From: an uncultured delta proteobacterium
GTDB lineage: Bacteria; Desulfobacterota; Desulfobacteria; Desulfobacterales; JAHEIW01
Assembly (NCBI GenBank): GCA_963706575.1
Contig: CAVPNL010000008.1
Location: 1-64,000, forward strand
Length of the DNA stretch: 64,000 nucleotides
Direction of reading: 5' to 3'
Part shown: positions 1 to 11,333 of the stretch, in pieces
Layout of the letters: each line of letters starts with the position of its first letter
Numbering within the stretch: the stretch's first letter is position 1
Notes under the pieces: generated by a model
The model's database searches: none
What the model saw: only the letters and a program-made list of their open reading frames with translations
Told to the model about the DNA's origin: nothing
Made by a program: the position numbers and the translations under genes

Positions 1-112
1 CTCCTTCCCCTGATATACAATTTCCATTTCGCGTTGCATATTATTTTCTCGAAAAATTTTACTGCAATTAATATATAATTAATCTGTTAATAGCTGTGTG
101 TTTGTATCTTAA

Positions 113-1306
113 ATGAGAATTTTAGTTTTGACACCCACATTTCTGCCTGCACTCGGAGGCGCCGAATTAGTTATTTTACAGGTATATCGAAGGCTCTCCA
201 CCAGGCATTCCGTATTAGTTTTAACCCCTTTTCTATCGGATAAGTTAATAAACAATAGCGGATCAAAAGATTATAATCATCAAATAAACTTCGAAGTACA
301 ACATTATTGTGATCAGTATACTTTCATGAAAATTAGAGGGCACAAACTTAGCTACGGGCTGATTCCTCCCTTCTCATTATCTGCAATTTCAGCAACAAGG
401 CATGCAGTAAAAACTTTTAAGCCCGATGTATTAAATGTACACTATGTAATGCCAACAGGTTTGGCAGGTCTTTATACACAAAAATTTCTAAAAATTCCAG
501 CAGTCATGACTTACAATGGACGTGATGTTACAGGACCTGGCGTACCAAAAATATGGAAACATTGGCACAGGTTAATCGGTCAAAACTATTCTAAAATGAC
601 ATTTGTTTCAAAATATTGCCATGATGCAATTTATGGTCAAGAAAATAAAAAAGGTAATGTAATATATAATGGTGTTGAAGAACCTAAGAATGTAACTAAC
701 GATCAAATAGTTGCTTTAAAATCAAAATTGCAAATAAATAATGATGAAATTGTTCTATTTGGATTGCAAAGACTAGATTCTCTCAAAAGAGTAGATATTT
801 TAATTAAAAGCATGAAAATCATTTTGCGACAGCAATCTAATGTTCGTTTAATAATCGGTGGTAAAGGCGAGGATATGTCGCGATTAAAGAAATTAGCAGA
901 AAAATTGAGCATTTCAAAATATATTGTGTTCGCAGGGTTTATACCTGATAAAGAGATTCCTGTTTATTATTCTATTTCAGATCTATTTGTTTTTCATTCG
1001 ACATATGAAACTTTTGGTATGGTGCTGGCGGAAGCAATGAATTATAGAAAAGCCATTGTTTCTGTTTCGAATACAGCAATATCAGAAGTTGTTGATGATG
1101 GTAAAACTGGACTTTTGGCACCAACTTTAGATTATGAAGCTTTTGCGGGCGCAGTTTTGCAATTATTAAATGACGAAGTTCGTCGTAATCAGATGGGGCA
1201 AAATGGTTATAAAAAATGCCAAAAACATTTTAAATGGGATTCGATTGCTTTACAATATGAAAAAGTTTTAGAAACCGCCGTATTAAAAGGAACAACGTCT
1301 GATTGA
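113..1306 (+). CDS. Glycosyltransferase family 4 (GT-B fold)
   Basis: Intact 397-aa ORF with N-terminal MRILVLTP..GGAE and the C-terminal GT4 EX7E motif (ETFGMVLAEAM). Confidence 0.92.
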   Translation: MRILVLTPTFLPALGGAELVILQVYRRLSTRHSVLVLTPFLSDKLINNSGSKDYNHQINFEVQHYCDQYTFMKIRGHKLSYGLIPPFSLSAISATRHAVKTFKPDVLNVHYVMPTGLAGLYTQKFLKIPAVMTYNGRDVTGPGVPKIWKHWHRLIGQNYSKMTFVSKYCHDAIYGQENKKGNVIYNGVEEPKNVTNDQIVALKSKLQINNDEIVLFGLQRLDSLKRVDILIKSMKIILRQQSNVRLIIGGKGEDMSRLKKLAEKLSISKYIVFAGFIPDKEIPVYYSISDLFVFHSTYETFGMVLAEAMNYRKAIVSVSNTAISEVVDDGKTGLLAPTLDYEAFAGAVLQLLNDEVRRNQMGQNGYKKCQKHFKWDSIALQYEKVLETAVLKGTTSD

Positions 1307-2476
1307 TAAATCATAATATAAAAACTGCTGAAATATCTAAAAAGGCAAAAACTAAAATAAGAGTAGCATTTATTTTTAATCATTCATTTTTTTTAGGAGG
1401 AGGTGAGATTAGCTTATTTGAACTTATTAAAAATTTAGATAAAACTCGTTTTTACCCAATAGCTATAGTCCCGAAACAAGGACAAATTAGAAATAAATTA
1501 AGAGCAAATCATGTTGAGGTTTATATTTGTAAATTTCCAAGTATCGAATACTTTTTAAATGGCTCTTCGCTCATTTCATTAGTGAAATTTATTAGAGTTT
1601 TGAAATTAAAAAAAGTAGAAGTTTTGCATGCGAATGGTTCCAGAGTAGCCCTGTATGCCGGGATTGCAGGAAAAATTTTGCGTATACCGATTATTTGGCA
1701 CGTTAGGGAAACTGTAAAAGATATATTTTGTTATGATGGCTTGCTTGGATGTCTCGCTTCTAAAATTATATGCGTTTCAAAAAGTGTTCAAAAAAAACGA
1801 TTTGCAAGATTTGGTAGCTGTATTAACAAAAAAATTCTTGTTATTTATAATGGGGTTGATACTAAAATTTTTAAGAATGATGTGCATATTCGAAACAAAA
1901 TAAGGAAGAAATTAAATCTCGACGGTCAAGTTGTTTTTGGTGTAATCGGAAACTTTGTTCCCTTGAAAGGTCAAGACTTCTTTTTAAAAGGATTTGCCTT
2001 AGCCAATAAAAAAGCAAAAAATTTAAAGGCCAAAGCGCTATTAGTCGGTAGAATTATAGATAAAGAATACTATCATTCTATAAAAAAATTATCAAAACCA
2101 ATTGGATATAAAAGAAAGAATAATTTATAAATCTTTCTGCACGAATATTGAAGAAATTTTATCAACAATTGACGTTTTTGTTTTAGCATCAGAAAGGGAA
2201 GGTTTTAGTCGTTCAATGCTTGAAGCTATGAGTTGTAGTCTGCCAATTATAGCGACTAAAATAAGCGAGATCGAAGAGGCCATTATTGATAATCAAAACG
2301 GATTACTTGTTGAATTCAAAAACCATAAAAAAATGGCATCAGCAATTTTAACGTTCTATAAAAATGAGAACTTGCGTAAGGAAATTGGTGCGCGTAACAG
2401 ATTGGCTGTTGACAGAAAATATAATATAATTTCTCATGCGAAAGAGTTTGGTTCTCTTTATAGCAGCTTTATTTGA
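1303..2476 (+). CDS. Glycosyltransferase family 4 (one frameshift near 2100)
   Basis: ORFs 1303-2130 (GGGEISL, IYNGVD, KGQDFF) and 2102-2476 (EGFSRSMLEAM) join into one GT4. Confidence 0.88.
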
Positions 2477-2539
2477 AAAAAACATTTAAGTTTTCGGAAA
2501 AAATAAGAGCGGAATTTTTGAAATACTTCATATTTTACA

Positions 2540-2693
2540 AAATTAATTAAAAAAAATACATAACTGCCTCTGAGTTCCAATGACTGCGTTGCAGATCTCC
2601 GCGAAGTAGTCACATACTGGCGAATGTCGCGCTTTTTTTATCAATCTGCACCATGCCCTTTGACCTGATTTAATATTTTGAAATTACTTCTAT
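2540..2693 (+). mobile_element. Degenerate copy of the ~150-bp MITE-like element at 11990-12138 (left boundary approximate)
   Basis: Shares caatgRctgcgttg, taStcacRtac, tgccctt..acctgat and ttttgaaa..actt with the intact copy. Confidence 0.55.
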
Positions 2694-2772
2694 GTAAATT
2701 ATAATTTTTATTATAAAAAAAATAACGAGTATAAAATACGCTGAATTTAGATAAATATCTATTGTATAAATT

Positions 2773-3898
2773 ATGCGAATCGGAGTTGATGCCAGGGAGA
2801 TTCAGAATGGAGTTATTACCGGAATTGGTAGATCATTCGCCAATTTTTTAGAATATTTCTGTAAAATCGAGAAAGAGCATTCGATAATCGTTATTTGCAG
2901 AGAAAAGATTTATCTTAATTTTAGGTGATAAAATAGGACAAATTGGCAAAATAATTCGTTAACTTTTTTTGGGATCAACTAAAATTGCTACAGGCATTAA
3001 AGGGTAATAAGATCGATCTTTTTTACTCACCGTATTATAAAGTTCCACTCTTAACAGATATACCAGTTGTTAATCAGATACTCGATTTAATGTTTGTCGT
3101 GTTTAAACCATACAGAAAAAGTCTAGGAATGTCTAAAAAATGGTATTACGCTACAATGGGAAAAGCTTTTGCCAAAAGTCCTTAGGTATTATTACAGACT
3201 CAGAGCATGCGAAACAGGATATTATTCGAATCTGGAATATTGACTCAAAAAAAATTAAGGTTATTCCACTTGGTCTTGCGAGTCGCTATAAACCGGTTAA
3301 TAATTTAAACCTACTAAATAAAGTGTAAAAATTAATTTCAAATCTACCTGATAAATTTATACTTTATTTGGGTAATTTTAAACCTCATAAAAATGTTTCA
3401 TCGCTGGTTAAAGCTTTTCAAAGGATTAAGAAAAGGATTTTCCTGAATATAAGCTGGTTCTCGCAGGATCCCTTGATAAGCATGGTAATAAAATAAAAAA
3501 TATGGTGTTGGAAAAAAGGTCTTGATGATAGAGTTTTGTTTACAAATACTGTAAGAGAAAATGATTTCCCAGAGGCATTATATTCATTAGCTGATGTGTT
3601 TGTTTTTCCAACTTTATATGAAGGATTCGGCCTTCCTCCTCTTGAGGCTATGGCATGTGGTACTCCGGTGATTGCTTCAAATTTAACATCTGTTCCGGAA
3701 GTTGTTGGTGATGCAGGTGTATTGGTAAATCCATTGGATGTTGAAGCCATGAGCAAAGCTCTGATTGACCTTATAGAAAATCCCGAAAAAAGAGAGCATT
3801 TTATTCAAAAAAAGGACTCGAACGAGCCAAGTAGTTTTAGAGAAAAGGATACGGCAGGAAAACTATATAATCATATTATTTCTTTACTGGAGAAATAA
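2773..3898 (+). CDS. Glycosyltransferase family 4, mannosyltransferase-like (several frameshifts)
   Basis: ATG 2773 reads MRIGVDARE...GIGR; later fragments give [19 protein letters not shown] and [21 protein letters not shown]. Confidence 0.85.
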
Positions 3899-3901
3899 AT
3901 A

Positions 3902-4926
3902 ATGAAAATTTTAATCACCGGTGGAGCAGGTTTTATTGGTGTAAATAGCGCTTATTATTTTGCAAAAAAAGGTCACCGAGTCGTTATTTTTGACAATTTG
4001 TCGCGAGAAGGTTCCAGATAAGAATCTAGAATGGATTCAAAGCAAATGTAAAGTTGAATTTTTTAAAGGAGATTTAAGAAAATTTGTGGATTTGGTTGAT
4101 GTTTTTAACAACAATGGAAAATTCGATTTAATTCTTCATCTTGCAGCACAGGTAGCTGTGACAACATCAGTGACTGATCCATACGAGGATTTTGAAATCA
4201 ATGCCTTAGGGACTTTTAATCTGTTAGAAGCAACACGACGATACAGTCCAGAATGCAACATTTATTTATTCTTCTACCAATAAAGTATACGGAGAAATGG
4301 AAGACTTGAATATTAGTCGAAAAAAATGGACGTTACATGTACGAGGATTTATCTGAAGGAGTGGATGAAAATCGAAATCTTGACTTTCATTCTCCTTATG
4401 GTTGCTCAAAAGGTGCAGCGGATCAATATTGCAGAGATTATCATAGAATTTATGGTTTAAAAACAATTGTTCTTCGTCAATCATGTATATATGGTTATCG
4501 TCAATTTGGAATTGAGGATCAGGGATGGGTCGCCTGGTTTTGCATCGCAACAGCTTTGGGAAGACCAATTACAATATACGGTGATGGTAAACAGATAAGA
4601 GACGTATTATTTATAGATGATCTGATTAATGCATTCGATTTGGCCTATAAAAATAGAAAAAGGCTGCAGGACAAATTTATAATATCGGTGGCGGTCCAGA
4701 TAATACAATGTCATTGCATGAACTGATTGAAATACTGGAAAAACTAAAAAGGAAAAAGATATCCCTTTCTTACAATGCTTGGAGACCAGGAGATCAAAAG
4801 GTCTTTGTAGGAAATATTAATAAAGCAAAAAAGGAGTTAGGTTGGGAGCCAACAGTAAAACCCGAAAAAGGCGTCAAAATGCTATATAATTGGGTAAATA
4901 ACAACAAAGAAATGTTTAAATCATAA
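3902..4926 (+). CDS. rfbE: NAD-dependent epimerase, CDP-paratose 2-epimerase (tyvelose synthesis)-like (frameshifted)
   Basis: MKILITGGAGFIG at 3902; HLAAQVAVTTS; DFHSPYGCSKGAADQY (YxxxK); DQGWVAWF; GDGKQIRDVL. These motifs are typical of the RfbE subfamily; the substrate is not proven. Confidence 0.75.
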
Positions 4927-4942
4927 AATACCTTTTAGTATT

Positions 4943-6147
4943 ATGAATCTTTTATTCATCGCTCGATGTTTCTGAATCTTATTAAGTGGATCCGAACAGG
5001 TTTTATACCAACAAGCGCTGGGATTATTAGAAAAAAAAAATAAACAACAACAATCAATGTAATAACACGCGAAAATAGCAAGTCCTTTAACTCAGGAGTA
5101 AAATACATTGAGGGCATTTTAGATGCTTATTACTCAATTAACTTAAATCAGAAGTTTCTTCTTTCCTTTTCAATTTTAACACAACCCTCCAAACTTTTCG
5201 AAAAATTTGTTGTTGGAAATAAACTGTCGGCTGCTATTAGCCACCAACCTTTTAATCTATTTTCCTTATTAATTTCGCGCAAATTAAAAAATTTACCTTA
5301 CATTTATAACTTTCACTCACCTAGTCACGAGGAGTATTTATTATCAGGGGATCAAAAAAAATATTTTTTAAAAAAAAATAAATGTAATTCTGCGCAAATT
5401 CATCGAGGGAATATGTGTTAAAAAAGCAACTAAAGTGGTGGTTTTAAGCAAATTTATGAAAAAAGGTGATAAGGCTGTACGGAATTTCACCTATGCAAAT
5501 TATAGTAAATCCAGGTGGAGTAGATCTGGAGAAGTTTTTTCCACCAAATAATCGAAAAATGACACAAAAAAAAGTAGGCTTTTTTAAAGAAAAAATAAAT
5601 TTACTCACTGTTCGAAATTTAGAACCCCGAATGGGAATAGACAACCTGATAATAGCGATTAAGCGATTAAAAAAAGTGCCAATAAATGTGCATTTAACTA
5701 TAGTGGGTGATGGGCCTGAAAGAAAAAGGATAGAACATTTAATAAAAAAATTGGATTTAACTGTAGATGTTACTTTAGGAGGTTCAATCCCGACAAACAG
5801 ATCGTCGTTTTATTATGGAGCAGCTGATTTTTTTATATTACCAACACGCGAGCTAATAAGGTTTTGGTTTGGTGACACCTGAATCCATGGCGTGTGGTAC
5901 CCCAGTTTTAGGTACGCCTGTCGGGGTGGTATAAAGAAATACTTGAAAATTTCGATCCTCAGTTTTTTTTAAGGACTCATACCCCGAATCTATTGCACAA
6001 GGGATTCAGAAAGCTATTGATGAGTATTTACAGGAAAAAGAAAAGTACAATAGACTAAGAGTCCGATGCCGACGGTATTGTAATCAAGAATTAGTCGTGG
6101 CAGCGGCATATGGATATTTTGGAATCTCATCATTTATCGAATGGTAG
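4943..6147 (+). CDS. Glycosyltransferase family 4 (heavily frameshifted; end approximate)
   Basis: ATG at 4943; fragments NPGGVDLEKF, TVRNLEPRMG, ADFFILPT and ESMACGTPVL. Confidence 0.72.
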
Positions 6148-6187
6148 AGCCGGAAACCTAATTAATAATCTAAAGATTGTTTCGAAC

Positions 6188-7365
6188 TTGAAGAAGATCC
6201 TTCACATCATCACCCGTCTTGATATGGGTGGTTCGGCTCAGAATACATTGCTCAGTTGCAAAGAGCTATGCGCCAAGTATGAAATCATTTTAGTTCATGG
6301 GCTTTCCCGCGAATCAGGGATGAGCGGATCTTGAAAAAAAGATCGTTGAAAATGGGATTGAAAAAGCAAAAACGAATGGAGTTAAAGTAATAGCGCTGCC
6401 ATCGATGGTTCGAAGTATTCGTCCAATTAAGGATTTTGAGGCATTGCTTTCTCTAGTATGGCTGATTTTCAAAGAAAAGCCCGATATTGTACACACCCAT
6501 TCTTCCAAGGGCGGTATTCTCGGGCGGCTGGCAGCAAAGATTGCCGGTGTTCCTCATATCATTCACACGCCTCACGGACATGTGTTTTACGGCCATTTCG
6601 GGCGATTTGCTTCCAGGATTTTTATGTGGGTCGAAAAGATTTTTTCAAGGTTCACCGATCGTATGGTGGCGCTGACGGACGGTGAAAAGGATGACTACAT
6701 TAACCTGTCGGTTTGTTCGCCGGAGAAGCTTTGTAAAATCCACAGCGGTGTAGATGTAAAAAAATTCATGCAGGCCAATGGGAATCGGGTCGAAAAAAGG
6801 CGGTCTGCTGGGTTTGGATCAAAACGAAGCGGTGATCGGGTTTGTGGGCTGGCTGCTTCCGATTAAAGGCCCGGACTACCTGCTGAAAGCCATGGATTAT
6901 GTTTGGCATGAGCATCAGGAGGCTTCCCTGGTTCTGGTGGGCAAGGGTGACCTGGATGTGGATTTGAGGGCTGAAGCCCGTAAAAAAAATGCCAACGGCA
7001 AGGTCAAATTTCTGGGCTGGCGTGAGGATATTGATGAGATTATGCCGCTATTTGACATGCTGGTTCTGCCGTCTTTGAACGAGGGGATGGGCCGTGTCCT
7101 GGTTGAAGCCATGGCCGCTGGAAAGCCGGTGGTGGCCAGCAGGGTAGGGGGCATACCGGATCTTGTCAGAGATGGTGAAACCGGCTATCTGGTGCCGCCG
7201 GCGGATGAGAAGGCTTTAGCGAATGGGATCAAGAAGCTTTTGGATGATCCGGCCAAAGCAAAACAGATGGGTCTGCGGGGGCAGGAACACTGCCGGCAAT
7301 TCAGCCTGGAAGCGATGATTGAAAAGCTGGATGATTTGTATTCTGATCTTGTTTATAAATTTTAA
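6188..7365 (+). CDS. Glycosyltransferase family 4 (two frameshifts)
   Basis: TTG 6188 reads LKKILHIITRLDMGGSAQNT; HTHSSKGG; IHSGVD; EGMGRVLVEAMAAGKPVV. Confidence 0.9.
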
Positions 7366-7394
7366 CCGCAGACTCACGCAGACAGACGCAGACA

Positions 7395-7423
7395 TTTTGG
7401 TCGAGCGACCCGCTCGACCAAAA
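7395..7423. terminator. Perfect 13-bp-stem hairpin after the glycan genes (possible terminator)
   Basis: ttttggtcgagcg-acc-cgctcgaccaaaa. Confidence 0.5.
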
Positions 7424-7564
7424 ACAGTATCCCGTTCGCGGGAAATTTTTCTAGTTAAACTGTTATCGCAACCATCTGCAAAAGTATGCTTTTATTCCAA
7501 AATGGCAAATGTATAATTTTAGGCATTTTAGCTCACTTTAGATCATTTTAGGCACTTCTTTTAA

Positions 7565-9400
7565 ATGAAAATCTGGTTTAAATACCTGAAGCAGGGATTA
7601 TCGAGCACCCAGCCTGAGGATAAAATTTCCTCAGCGAAAAATAATAGCCGGATAATTCCCAATCTTAAAAACCTTTATCCTTACTTTAAACAGAACTGGC
7701 GCAAAGGATTTACCGGCTTATTCCTGATTCTGCTGGCGTCCCTGTGCGGCTTTGCGCCGCCCCTGATCATGCGATTTCTGGTCGATGACGTTATCATGGG
7801 GGAGCAAACAGGGCTTTTGGCTGTTGCGATCGTGTTGCTGGCCGGTTTTCTGGTGGCTGAAAAGCTGGCGCGCATGCTGCAGGAGTTTTATTTTGCCCGG
7901 CTCGAACAGCGTATTACGCTGGATATCCAACAGGATCTCATCGCCCGGGTATTGCGATTTCCCAAAAAATTCTTTGATGACCATCAAACCGGATACCTTA
8001 TGTCCCGTCTTTCAGAAGATGTCGACGGGATACGCTGGTTTTTTTCAAATACCATCGTTTATGTTTTAAGCAATACGATTCGTTTCATCGGGGGTCTATG
8101 CTTTTTGTTCTATCTGGAATGGCGCTTATCTCTGATTGTCGTCATTTTATTGCCCGGACTCGTGTGGTGTATTCGCCGTCTTTCCGGCAGCCTTTTTAAG
8201 CTGAGTCACCAAAGTATGGAACAAAAGGCGGTGCTATCCGGGCGTCTTCAGGAATCATTGTCCGGGGCCGACCTGATTAAGGCGCACAGTTCTGAAGAGC
8301 GAACCCTAAAACGGCTGTTGGCCGGATGGAAAAATATCTTTCAAACATCTTTGCAGCAGACAGCCGTCAGTTCGCTTGCGAATCTGGTGGTGGATTCCAC
8401 ACCCGGCCTGGCCCGGCTTTTGGCTCTGGCTGCCGGCGCATTCTGGGTCATATCCGGTGAATGGACACTGGGTTCACTGCTGGCATTTCAGGCTTACCTG
8501 GCCTATGTGTTCGGGCCGGCCCAAATAATGGCCTCTGCCAACCTGCAATTCCAAAAGGCAATCGCCGCCCTGGGGCGTGTCTCGGTTCTTTTTGAGATTG
8601 TCCCGGAAGAAAATGCGGGCAGCGGTAAAAATGTAGATCGATTGATCGGAGACGTGGAATTTAAAAACGTCTCTTTTTCCTATAACGGAAGTGAAGCGGT
8701 CCTGCAGGATTTTTGTTTTAAAGTTCACCCCGGGGAACGGGTTGCGATTGTCGGCCCGAGCGGGGTGGGCAAGACCACCCTTTTGAGCCTGATTTTGAGA
8801 TTTTACCGACCGACGGCGGGTGAAATCTTGTTCGATGGACAGCCGGCATCGGATTATGAATTGAGTTCATTAAGGCAGCGCATCGGCTATGTGTCGCAAC
8901 GCCCCCGTCTGTTGGCGGATACGATATATAAAAATCTGTGTTACGGCAATCCCGATGCCGCCGAGCAGGAAGTGGTTGATGCTGCCGTGGCAGCAGGCAT
9001 CCATGATTTTATTGAAAGCCTGCCCCGGGGCTATGCGACTCAAATTAGCGAAGATGGGGTTAATCTGTCAGAAGGGCAAAAGCAACGTCTTTCAATCGCT
9101 CGTGCATTAATCAAAAAGCCGGACATTCTGGTTCTGGATGAACCCACTGCAGCCCTGGATTTGGAAACGGAAAAAACGCTTTTTCGCAAGCTGCCTGAAT
9201 TCATTCGGGGCAAAACACTGTTTATCGTGGCCCATCGCCCTTCCACCATCCGCAATTGTGACCGCATTCTTTTGCTTGACGAAAATCATCTGATGGCCGG
9301 CGGATCACATGAAGCGCTTTTAAGATCGAATGCATATTATCGTTCGATGGTTGCCGGCCACAAATCGCGGCAAGATGCCGCTCCCACTTCCCTATGTTGA
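7565..9400 (+). CDS. ABC exporter, fused TMD-NBD (MsbA/peptide-exporter type)
   Basis: N-terminal TM helices; Walker A GPSGVGKT; signature LSEGQKQR; Walker B ILVLDEPT; no C39 peptidase domain. The last codons (SRQDAAPT) run into a REP-like element. Confidence 0.93.
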   Translation: MKIWFKYLKQGLSSTQPEDKISSAKNNSRIIPNLKNLYPYFKQNWRKGFTGLFLILLASLCGFAPPLIMRFLVDDVIMGEQTGLLAVAIVLLAGFLVAEKLARMLQEFYFARLEQRITLDIQQDLIARVLRFPKKFFDDHQTGYLMSRLSEDVDGIRWFFSNTIVYVLSNTIRFIGGLCFLFYLEWRLSLIVVILLPGLVWCIRRLSGSLFKLSHQSMEQKAVLSGRLQESLSGADLIKAHSSEERTLKRLLAGWKNIFQTSLQQTAVSSLANLVVDSTPGLARLLALAAGAFWVISGEWTLGSLLAFQAYLAYVFGPAQIMASANLQFQKAIAALGRVSVLFEIVPEENAGSGKNVDRLIGDVEFKNVSFSYNGSEAVLQDFCFKVHPGERVAIVGPSGVGKTTLLSLILRFYRPTAGEILFDGQPASDYELSSLRQRIGYVSQRPRLLADTIYKNLCYGNPDAAEQEVVDAAVAAGIHDFIESLPRGYATQISEDGVNLSEGQKQRLSIARALIKKPDILVLDEPTAALDLETEKTLFRKLPEFIRGKTLFIVAHRPSTIRNCDRILLLDENHLMAGGSHEALLRSNAYYRSMVAGHKSRQDAAPTSLC

Positions 9401-9548
9401 CAGCTATATGTGCGATCCCGAGAGTTGAAACCGGCAAGACCCATTAACCGGGATTCGTCTATGTATATAATTTAATCAGATAGCATATCGCGGCAAAATG
9501 CCGCTCCCACCCTTGACAATGCGATGTGGGAGTGGCTTCCAGCCACGA
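9365..9548. repeat. Three GTGGGAG-type REP-like palindromes
   Basis: tcgcggcaagatgccgctcccac (9365), tcgcggcaaaatgccgctcccac (9488) and gtgggagtggcttccagccacga (9526). The reverse complement of the last recurs near 59644. Confidence 0.75.
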
Positions 9549-9568
9549 TTAATTGATGTAATGGCCTA

Positions 9569-10741
9569 ATGGAAATACAGCAATATTCAGATTGGAGTTC
9601 AGCGGTTCACGGGGTTTCGGTATCTAAACGGATTCCCGTCAGCGGGACGATCGAGGTAACCGAGCGTTGCAATAACCGCTGCGCGCACTGTTACGTCAAC
9701 CTGCCCCTCAAAGACCAAAAGGCCAGGTCCAATGAACTCAGCTACGAGGAACATTGTCGGATTCTGGATGAAATTACGGCCGCAGGCTGTCTATGGGTAT
9801 GTTTTACCGGGGGGGAGGTATTCATCCGCAAAGATTTCCTGGATATTTATACCTACGCCAAACGCAAAGGCTTGCTGGTCACGCTATTTACCAACGGCAC
9901 GATGATGACGCCGCAGATTGCTGATTATTTGCTAAAATGGCGCCCGTTTTCGATTGAGATTACCCTGTATGGGAATACAAAAGAGACCTATGAAAAGGTG
10001 AGCGGCATCCCGGGATCCTATCAACGCTGTATGGAAGGGATTCACCTGCTGATGGCGAGAGGGTTGCCGCTGCGGCTTAAAACAACGGTTGTTACCCTGA
10101 ACAAACATGAAGTCGGGGATATGAGGCGCTTTGCCGAGGAAGCGCTCGAAATGGATTTCAGATTTGATGCCATTATCAACCCGCGCTGTGACTGTTCCCG
10201 CAGTCCGCTGGAGGTGCGCCTCACGCCGGCTGAAGTGGTGGCGCTCGATCTCCAGGAGCCAAAGCGAGTGGAAGAATGGCGCAAACTAAACGCTGAATTT
10301 GGCAATGCTCACGACATGCACACAAACAGGGACCTTCTTTGGTCATGCGGCGGGGGCCTCAATTCGTTTGCCGTTGATCCTTACGGAAAACTGCAGGTTT
10401 GCGTTATTTCGAAAAACGAAACCTACGATCTGCGAAACGGCAGCTTTCAGGAAGGCTGGCAGCATTTTCTCTATAATCTAAAACAGACAAAAACCAGCCT
10501 GCAGACCAAATGCACAACCTGTGGACTTAAAGTTATGTGCAATATATGCCCAGCCAGTTCGCAGCTGGAGTGTATGGATGCCGAATCACCGGTGGATTTC
10601 CTTTGCCAGGTAACGCATTTGCGGGCCCATGCGTTCGGGATTGCGATACCGCCCCATGGAGATTGTGAGTATTGCGAAGACGGCAGCAGGCGTCATGAGA
10701 TCGTGGAAATAGTTAATAAGTTAAAGAAGGACTGGGGTTAA
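9569..10741 (+). CDS. Radical SAM protein with SPASM domain (PqqE-like peptide-maturase type)
   Basis: CNNRCAHC motif; FTGGE; TNGT; SPASM cysteines CGGG..AVDPYG..QVC and CTTC..MCNICP, plus extra C-terminal Cys. Confidence 0.93.
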   Translation: MEIQQYSDWSSAVHGVSVSKRIPVSGTIEVTERCNNRCAHCYVNLPLKDQKARSNELSYEEHCRILDEITAAGCLWVCFTGGEVFIRKDFLDIYTYAKRKGLLVTLFTNGTMMTPQIADYLLKWRPFSIEITLYGNTKETYEKVSGIPGSYQRCMEGIHLLMARGLPLRLKTTVVTLNKHEVGDMRRFAEEALEMDFRFDAIINPRCDCSRSPLEVRLTPAEVVALDLQEPKRVEEWRKLNAEFGNAHDMHTNRDLLWSCGGGLNSFAVDPYGKLQVCVISKNETYDLRNGSFQEGWQHFLYNLKQTKTSLQTKCTTCGLKVMCNICPASSQLECMDAESPVDFLCQVTHLRAHAFGIAIPPHGDCEYCEDGSRRHEIVEIVNKLKKDWG

Positions 10742-10743
10742 AG

Positions 10744-10920
10744 GAGCGGTCCTTCGGACCTTGATGAGCGCTTTGCTTAAAGAGCACTGCGTTTGAGGAG
10801 CGGCTCTTCGAGCCTTTAACCCTGGACCTTTTTGTTGTGCTGAGGACTGAGTGCGAATCATAAAATGAGCGCTGCGCTTTAAGAGCACTCCGTTCGAGGA
10901 GCGGTTTTTCAAACCTTGAG
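10744..10920 (+). repeat. GAGC-hairpin modular repeat family (other copies 11366-11412 rc, 11655-11753 rc, 37580-37640, 60060-60134)
   Basis: Units such as gagcggtccttcggaccttgat / gagcgctttgcttaaa / gagcactgcgtttgag / gagcggctcttcgagcctt recur at the listed sites. Confidence 0.75.
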
Positions 10921-10930
10921 GAGATAAAAA

Positions 10931-11321
10931 ATGGAACGATTCGATTGATGAAGACGGTTTTGTATTTCCTTTTGAAAAAATTGAAGTATGGCGGCTCTCA
11001 GTTGATCTGGCTGATTATGTATTCGGTCTTCTTGAATCATTGCCTCCTAACAAACATTTCAGGATAATCGGCCAGATGGAAGCGGCTGTATCCGGTATTT
11101 CCCAGAATATTGCTGAAGGAAAAGGCAGACAGTATAATAAAGAATTTATTCAATTTTTGTATATCGCAATAGGTTGTCTTTTTGAAGTTTTGACTTTGAC
11201 GGAAATTTTCAAAAGGAGAAAACTGTTCAAGGAAAATGAAGCAAGCGAGATTCGGGATAAAGCTAAGGTCATATACCGCAAAACCACTGCTCTAATTAGG
11301 AGTTTAAAACGAAGAGTATAG
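10931..11321 (+). CDS. Four helix bundle protein (23S rRNA IVP-like family); frameshift just after the ATG
   Basis: FPFEKIEVWRLSVDL...QMEAAVSGISQNIAEG.GR...EFIQFLYIA.G...EV. The frame of ORF 11040-11321 stays open back to ~10932. Confidence 0.88.
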
Positions 11322-11333
11322 GCAAAACTCATT

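Noticed and set aside
1..112. 3' end of an upstream gene
   Set aside because: Too short to assign a frame or product.
3950..5400. Phase variation by poly-A tracts in the glycan genes
   Set aside because: The tracts are short and similar indels occur throughout the window, including outside homopolymers, so sequencing error is more parsimonious.
9400..9569. Precursor peptide between the ABC and rSAM genes
   Set aside because: The interval is occupied by REP-like palindromes, with no convincing RBS plus ORF.
10744..10920. CRISPR-like array from recurring GAGC hairpin units
   Set aside because: Units are ~16-22 bp and degenerate, with no unique constant-length spacers; no cas genes in the window.
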